64,000 nucleotides of DNA from Schizochytrium sp. TIO01 (Eukaryota; Protista; Bigyra: Labyrinthulomycetes): the NCBI GenBank assembly GCA_004764695.1, contig SMSO01000032.1, positions 1,302,001 to 1,366,000 of the forward strand. Reading direction: 5' to 3'. Made by a program: the position numbers and the translations under genes. The notes under the pieces are model-generated. The model saw only the letters and a program-made list of their open reading frames with translations, was not told the DNA's origin and ran no database searches. How positions within the stretch are numbered: the stretch's first letter is position 1; each line of letters begins with the position of its first letter. Positions 59,301 through 64,000 of the stretch are shown one piece after another.

Positions 59301-62300
59301 GTAGGTCGTGCGAACGCATTCAACGAAACAGCAGCCAATTTCCTTTGCAGCATGCTAAAGCTATCCCTTGCACAATGAAGAAGCTCGCATCCACAAGAAC
59401 ACAAGGATCCAAACGGCAGGTTTGGTTAGGCGTCGTTCGGGGCCCACTACGGAAACCAACTACCGCCAGCGCTTATCCTTCGTGTAGGTTAGTATTATCA
59501 GGAGCCGTACGTTCACTTCACCAACAATCCACATATCCCATTATTTGCCACTTTTTCATTTCTACTACTATCATGATGAGTATGTAGGTAGTAAATACAT
59601 AGTAAATACCTACCTGCCAGTGTTCTTGGTGACCCCTAGTCCGGTGGTGGGTGGCAATGCGTCATTGATTTCTTTCTAAACTAGCCATCATGCTATAAAC
59701 TATAGTAGAAGTAGTTATCGAGAGAACACTGATACTTTTGTTCTTCAGGTTTTAATTTTTCTAAAAAATTGTAAATTCTTAAATTTTAATTTCAAAAGCG
59801 ATAATAACTTTTTCCCCCAACTACTATATGAATTACCATGTGCGATCATATGATTAAAATTTAAAACCTTTAAAATGTTTGAAAAGTTTGTTTATACTCT
59901 TCTTGATCCTTCACGTTCTTTTTATTTTACTTTAAAGAAATAAATTCAGGATGTCGCAAGGGAGACTACGAATTATGGTGATTGTTAGCTTCCAAGAGAG
60001 GTCGATCGAGATCGCGTTGGTTGTTCGATTCGATGAGTTGGGCGAGTTCGGAAATCAGGGAACGAGGTAATGCGGACGTCAGAAGCAGTCAGTCAAAGCG
60101 ACTGTCAAACTCTCAGTTTGATCAGCCTGGATGCCCTTCTTACGCAGCCGTCCGCGTGAGCCTTGACATAAAGGCGACAAAGTTGAGATTCTCTCGGTGA
60201 TATTGAGAACCACTGGTGCTCTCGCTTCTTCAAATTGATTCTTCAGCACTGTTCTAATTTAGAAAACTGTTCCGCAAACTTGTGCTGATACTGATTCTGG
60301 GACTAGTTCAATATAAAGCAACCATGGTAGTAGTAGTAGTAGGTATCTGCTACTGCTGTTCTTTATACCTCCTCTTGCCTAATTGCCCCGTCCCTCGGCT
60401 CCTTCCATGTAAGCGCAACTCCGACGCGGGAGTACGCATGGCTGCCCAAGCTAGATTGCCGCCCGATTTGCTCACCTGCACAAGGTCTTTGGCGTGGGCA
60501 GTACGAGACGTTGCTCTTCTGGTTTCATTTTAGCAGGATCAGACCTACTGCAAAGCCTTTTAATAAAATGAAAGATGGGGAAATTCGTCTCAAGTAGCTG
60601 TAATTCCAATGCCGAAAAATCTGAACAACACCTAGCATTGACATAGGTAGGAGATCTTTCCCCCATTTCAGTTTGAGTAAGCGTGCACATCGGCAAGCAG
60701 CTGCAATTATCACTTCCTACATCAACTGTGATATAGGGCATTGCAATTGGTGAATTTGGTAACATGGCAGCGAGAGAGTCGCTGCAATAAAACAAACTGC
60801 ATAGTCGAATTATGATTTTAAACAATAAGCTCGGATGCTACGCTCAATAGAGTTTGCTTCAATCGGCAAGTTGAATTATGAAAGCTCGGAACACTCGATA
60901 TATAAATTATGATGGAACATTTTTAATATGAACTTTGCAACTGATGCCGAAACCAATTAAAGAAAACAAAGAAATACATATCGGTTATCCATATTCATAT
61001 CAAAACGACATATGTCTTTTCAATGTCTTTGTGTAAGAAATTGCAAGAAAGTATGCGCATTATCTCACAGTAGCATTCATCAAATTTTGATCGTCGTTCA
61101 GCCCTTGCCGACGCACGTTCATTCTAATTACTATGCAAAGAATACGCGTTACCTTTTATTTTTCTTTCTTGAAAGTCTAGAGAACTTCAGAAACTGCAAG
61201 TTGGGTATCCATTTCAAGACTTCATTGGTTTTCAAGCCGAAATTTTGTTCATGTCTGCGGACGAAGATCGTCCAACCTTCGCTTTTCTCTTGATGATCTT
61301 TAGAATTCAAGAAGTCAAGCCAATTAAAATCGCTCGTCTGTGATAACCCACCTCAACGCACTACAAGTCTTGTCATCGCCACAGAGTGAATTTTGTTCTA
61401 CATTCGACTGCGAGCTTTACCTCTCCAAGTCAGAGTAATCTCTATCCTACAAAATTGTGGCTAAAACCTACATATTTACTTTTATTGCAGTATGTGAATG
61501 AATGTGTTTACGTGGGTAGCTAGTATGTATTACGCATATAGCAGTTCTCTCTTTCGTTCAGGTCTACCTAGTCTGCTAGTATGGGAAGACCCGCCTCTTT
61601 CCGAATCGAGCCGGCCGATGTTTTTTTCTCACGTACACTGAGCTGCCAGGGGGACACATGCTAGGATTCTTGATCCGACTCCATAACTTTACTTGTACTT
61701 TCACTCTTTCATTTGATTTGCCGACCACGAAGTCAGGCATGCTCAGGAAGGGGCTTGGCCAAGCATGTAAGGGCTCTGGGAAACTATGGCTTAAGAAGAA
61801 TACTGGCAGAGACCAGGAAGTTAGTTATTAGCGCCGGGTCGCGCGCGCCTCCGACCATAAAGACCTGCCCGAGGGCGGCTTGTGCACAACTTTAATATAG
61901 ACAAAGCCAGGCTCGGTTTATGAAGTTTGGCATCTCTTAGGACCACCACTCTTTTTACTTTTTGTTTTAAAAAAACTTGTTTATCATTTTAGTTCTTGTT
62001 ACAGAATATATGTAGGAATGTTATAGATATAGCCTAATTGTGGTGGGAGAAAAATAACTATTAGCAATAGCATTGTTACCATTATTACGATGTTTATGAC
62101 TTTATTAATTTGTTTAATTGTAATAGTAATTATTTTAGAAAGACAATTATAATTACCGTACCATTCGAGGTCTGTTCTGTTCTTGAGAGTTTATGACTTA
62201 GGGTTGACTTTTGTTTTCGTTTAAATAGAAATCAAATGGCCCCAAAATCTGAAAGCAGACTTACTCAATTTTAAGAGAGAGTGAATGTGGCGAATCATTC

Positions 62301-64000
62301 ATCGAAACAAATGAGAGACGTGAATCTGCACAATCTTCTTCACCATTATTCTCGTGCAACATATTCATAACATTCATTTTAGCAGGGAATCTGACTGTTT
62401 CTGCCAGACAGAACATCTCGATCGGTCGTTTTCACTCTCGAATGAGTAGTACACAGATTGATAATTCGTCAATAACATCCCGAGCAGAGGAAACTGGGAA
62501 CCAAGAGAACAAGTGACCCTCTTTCAGTCTCTCTTTCAGGTTCGAATTATTTAAGGCAGCCTACCTCCATTCAAGACATACTTTAAGCGCTTAAGTTTTT
62601 CCCCTTCCTTCCTTGCTTATTATATTTCTATTTTTATTTTTTAATTAAAAACCAAAACCCAGTAATCAAATAAAAATTAATAATATAGCCTAGCTAGTAA
62701 ACATTTTCAATTGTTTTCAATTGTTTACACAGTCAGGCCTGATGAAAGCATCATGAGGCGGCCTCCTGAATCATCAAACCGCGTCTAACTCGCATACCTA
62801 CTCTTCTTCTGTTCTGACCAACCTATTTCTTGGCCAGCCTCTTGGCCGGCGGCGCAGACTTTCTCATGGTTTGCACGACCTCTCACCGAATTGAATAGTA
62901 CCATCCATACCTACCGTTCAAGGTAATTGAAAGCTAATAAGCGTCTTTTAATTAACAAAACAGATGATTTCTCATTCGAACAACAGAAATATGGCGGCAC
63001 CACCGCGCCATAGACGCTCGCTCCCTTCTCATCCATCGGATGAATATGTTGGCCGTCGTGGACTCGTGGCAGTCCCGGCACCGCCGGCCATCTCGCTTTT
63101 CCCCGCCGCGGGGCGAGCACAGAGTCTGCGTCGGAATTGCGGAGGATCAAACATCGGCCTTCTGCTCGACTTCTTGAATGGCTGGAAAGGCCTACCCGGA
63201 GCCTCTTAAGGCTCTTCTGAGCTCAGCTCAGCTCAGCTCAACTCGACGACAAAAATCAAATGAGGGTTGAATGAACGAGGCAACGGAGACGAGCAATTCC
63301 CGTTCTCACCTTCGAGAACTGTAGCGCAAAGGTAGCTAGCTACCTGGTTTGTGTCCGCTGGAGTGATGTATTTATAATAAATTCTTAGAAGTAGAACTTC
63401 TTAAAGCCTGATTTTGACATGAAGAACGGCAAGTGGATTAACACATGTCTCGACATCTAAAATCTAAAGTTGGTATGAACCTAATTCATAACGAGGCAAA
63501 TATACGCAAATGAAGAAAGGCTTGAAGAGAAACAATGCGTCGAGGACAAATGGTGAAGCATGCTTTGCACGCGATGAAATGAATCACTTAGTGCACGTGC
63601 TCTCAATCTAAAAGTTCGCTTTTATTACCTCCTATCACGACTTTTTATAATTCACCAAGTAAGTACCTACATACCTTGCCTCGTTACCTTTTGTGATTTC
63701 CTTTTTTAACTTATTCTTCAAGTCGTTATTTTTTCTTTTAACAGGTTTTTATTTTTGTGGTGATTGTTGTGGTTTGATCATAATGATGTTTTAACCACTC
63801 GTGAGAGATACGAGCAAGTCGCAAATGAAATCGAGCAAGTGCTCTACTTTTTCCTCAGCTAGGAGGGTCTATCTTTACGATGCGGCGACGAAGTTTGGTT
63901 GAATAAGTAACAATCTTCTTCAATTTTGACATCAACATGGATTATATGCGAGCATTCAACTCCTCGATCGTGTCGTTATTGCTGGATGCAGATCAATCAC

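Noticed and set aside
59236-60262. Near-identical 18-mer AGCACTGTTCTAA(G/T)TTAG about 1 kb apart
   Set aside because: Too short to define LTRs or element ends, and there is no TSD or coding content between the copies.

Overview
Eukaryotic genomic DNA with GT-AG introns, microsatellites and long AT-tract-rich intergenic regions. It is most likely from a thraustochytrid/labyrinthulomycete (Aurantiochytrium-like); this is inferred from the rhodopsin sequences. The 4.9-15.9 kb segment is a compact housekeeping block: LCMT1 (3 exons), CNOT2/NOT2, BBS5 (4 exons) and DHX16/Prp2. BBS5 and DHX16 each carry an apparent +1 frameshift. The centre holds a head-to-head pair of anion-channelrhodopsin genes, each fused to a C-terminal pseudo-receiver (CheY-like) domain. 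One has the red-shift 'RubyACR' pocket (F108/Y171/Q213/I217); the other keeps the canonical W/P in helix 6. Each rhodopsin has a co-oriented, paralogous 4-TM MARVEL-like gene downstream, giving a mirror layout (MARVEL<-ACR<- ->ACR->[HNH-like]->MARVEL). A membrane-associated HNH/zinc-finger nuclease-like gene lies in the right arm. The right half has two paralogous secreted M12B/ADAM-like metalloproteases with PT-repeat stalks and tandem C-terminal lectin-like modules, set in gene-poor DNA. I recognised no tRNA, rRNA, CRISPR array or intact mobile element.
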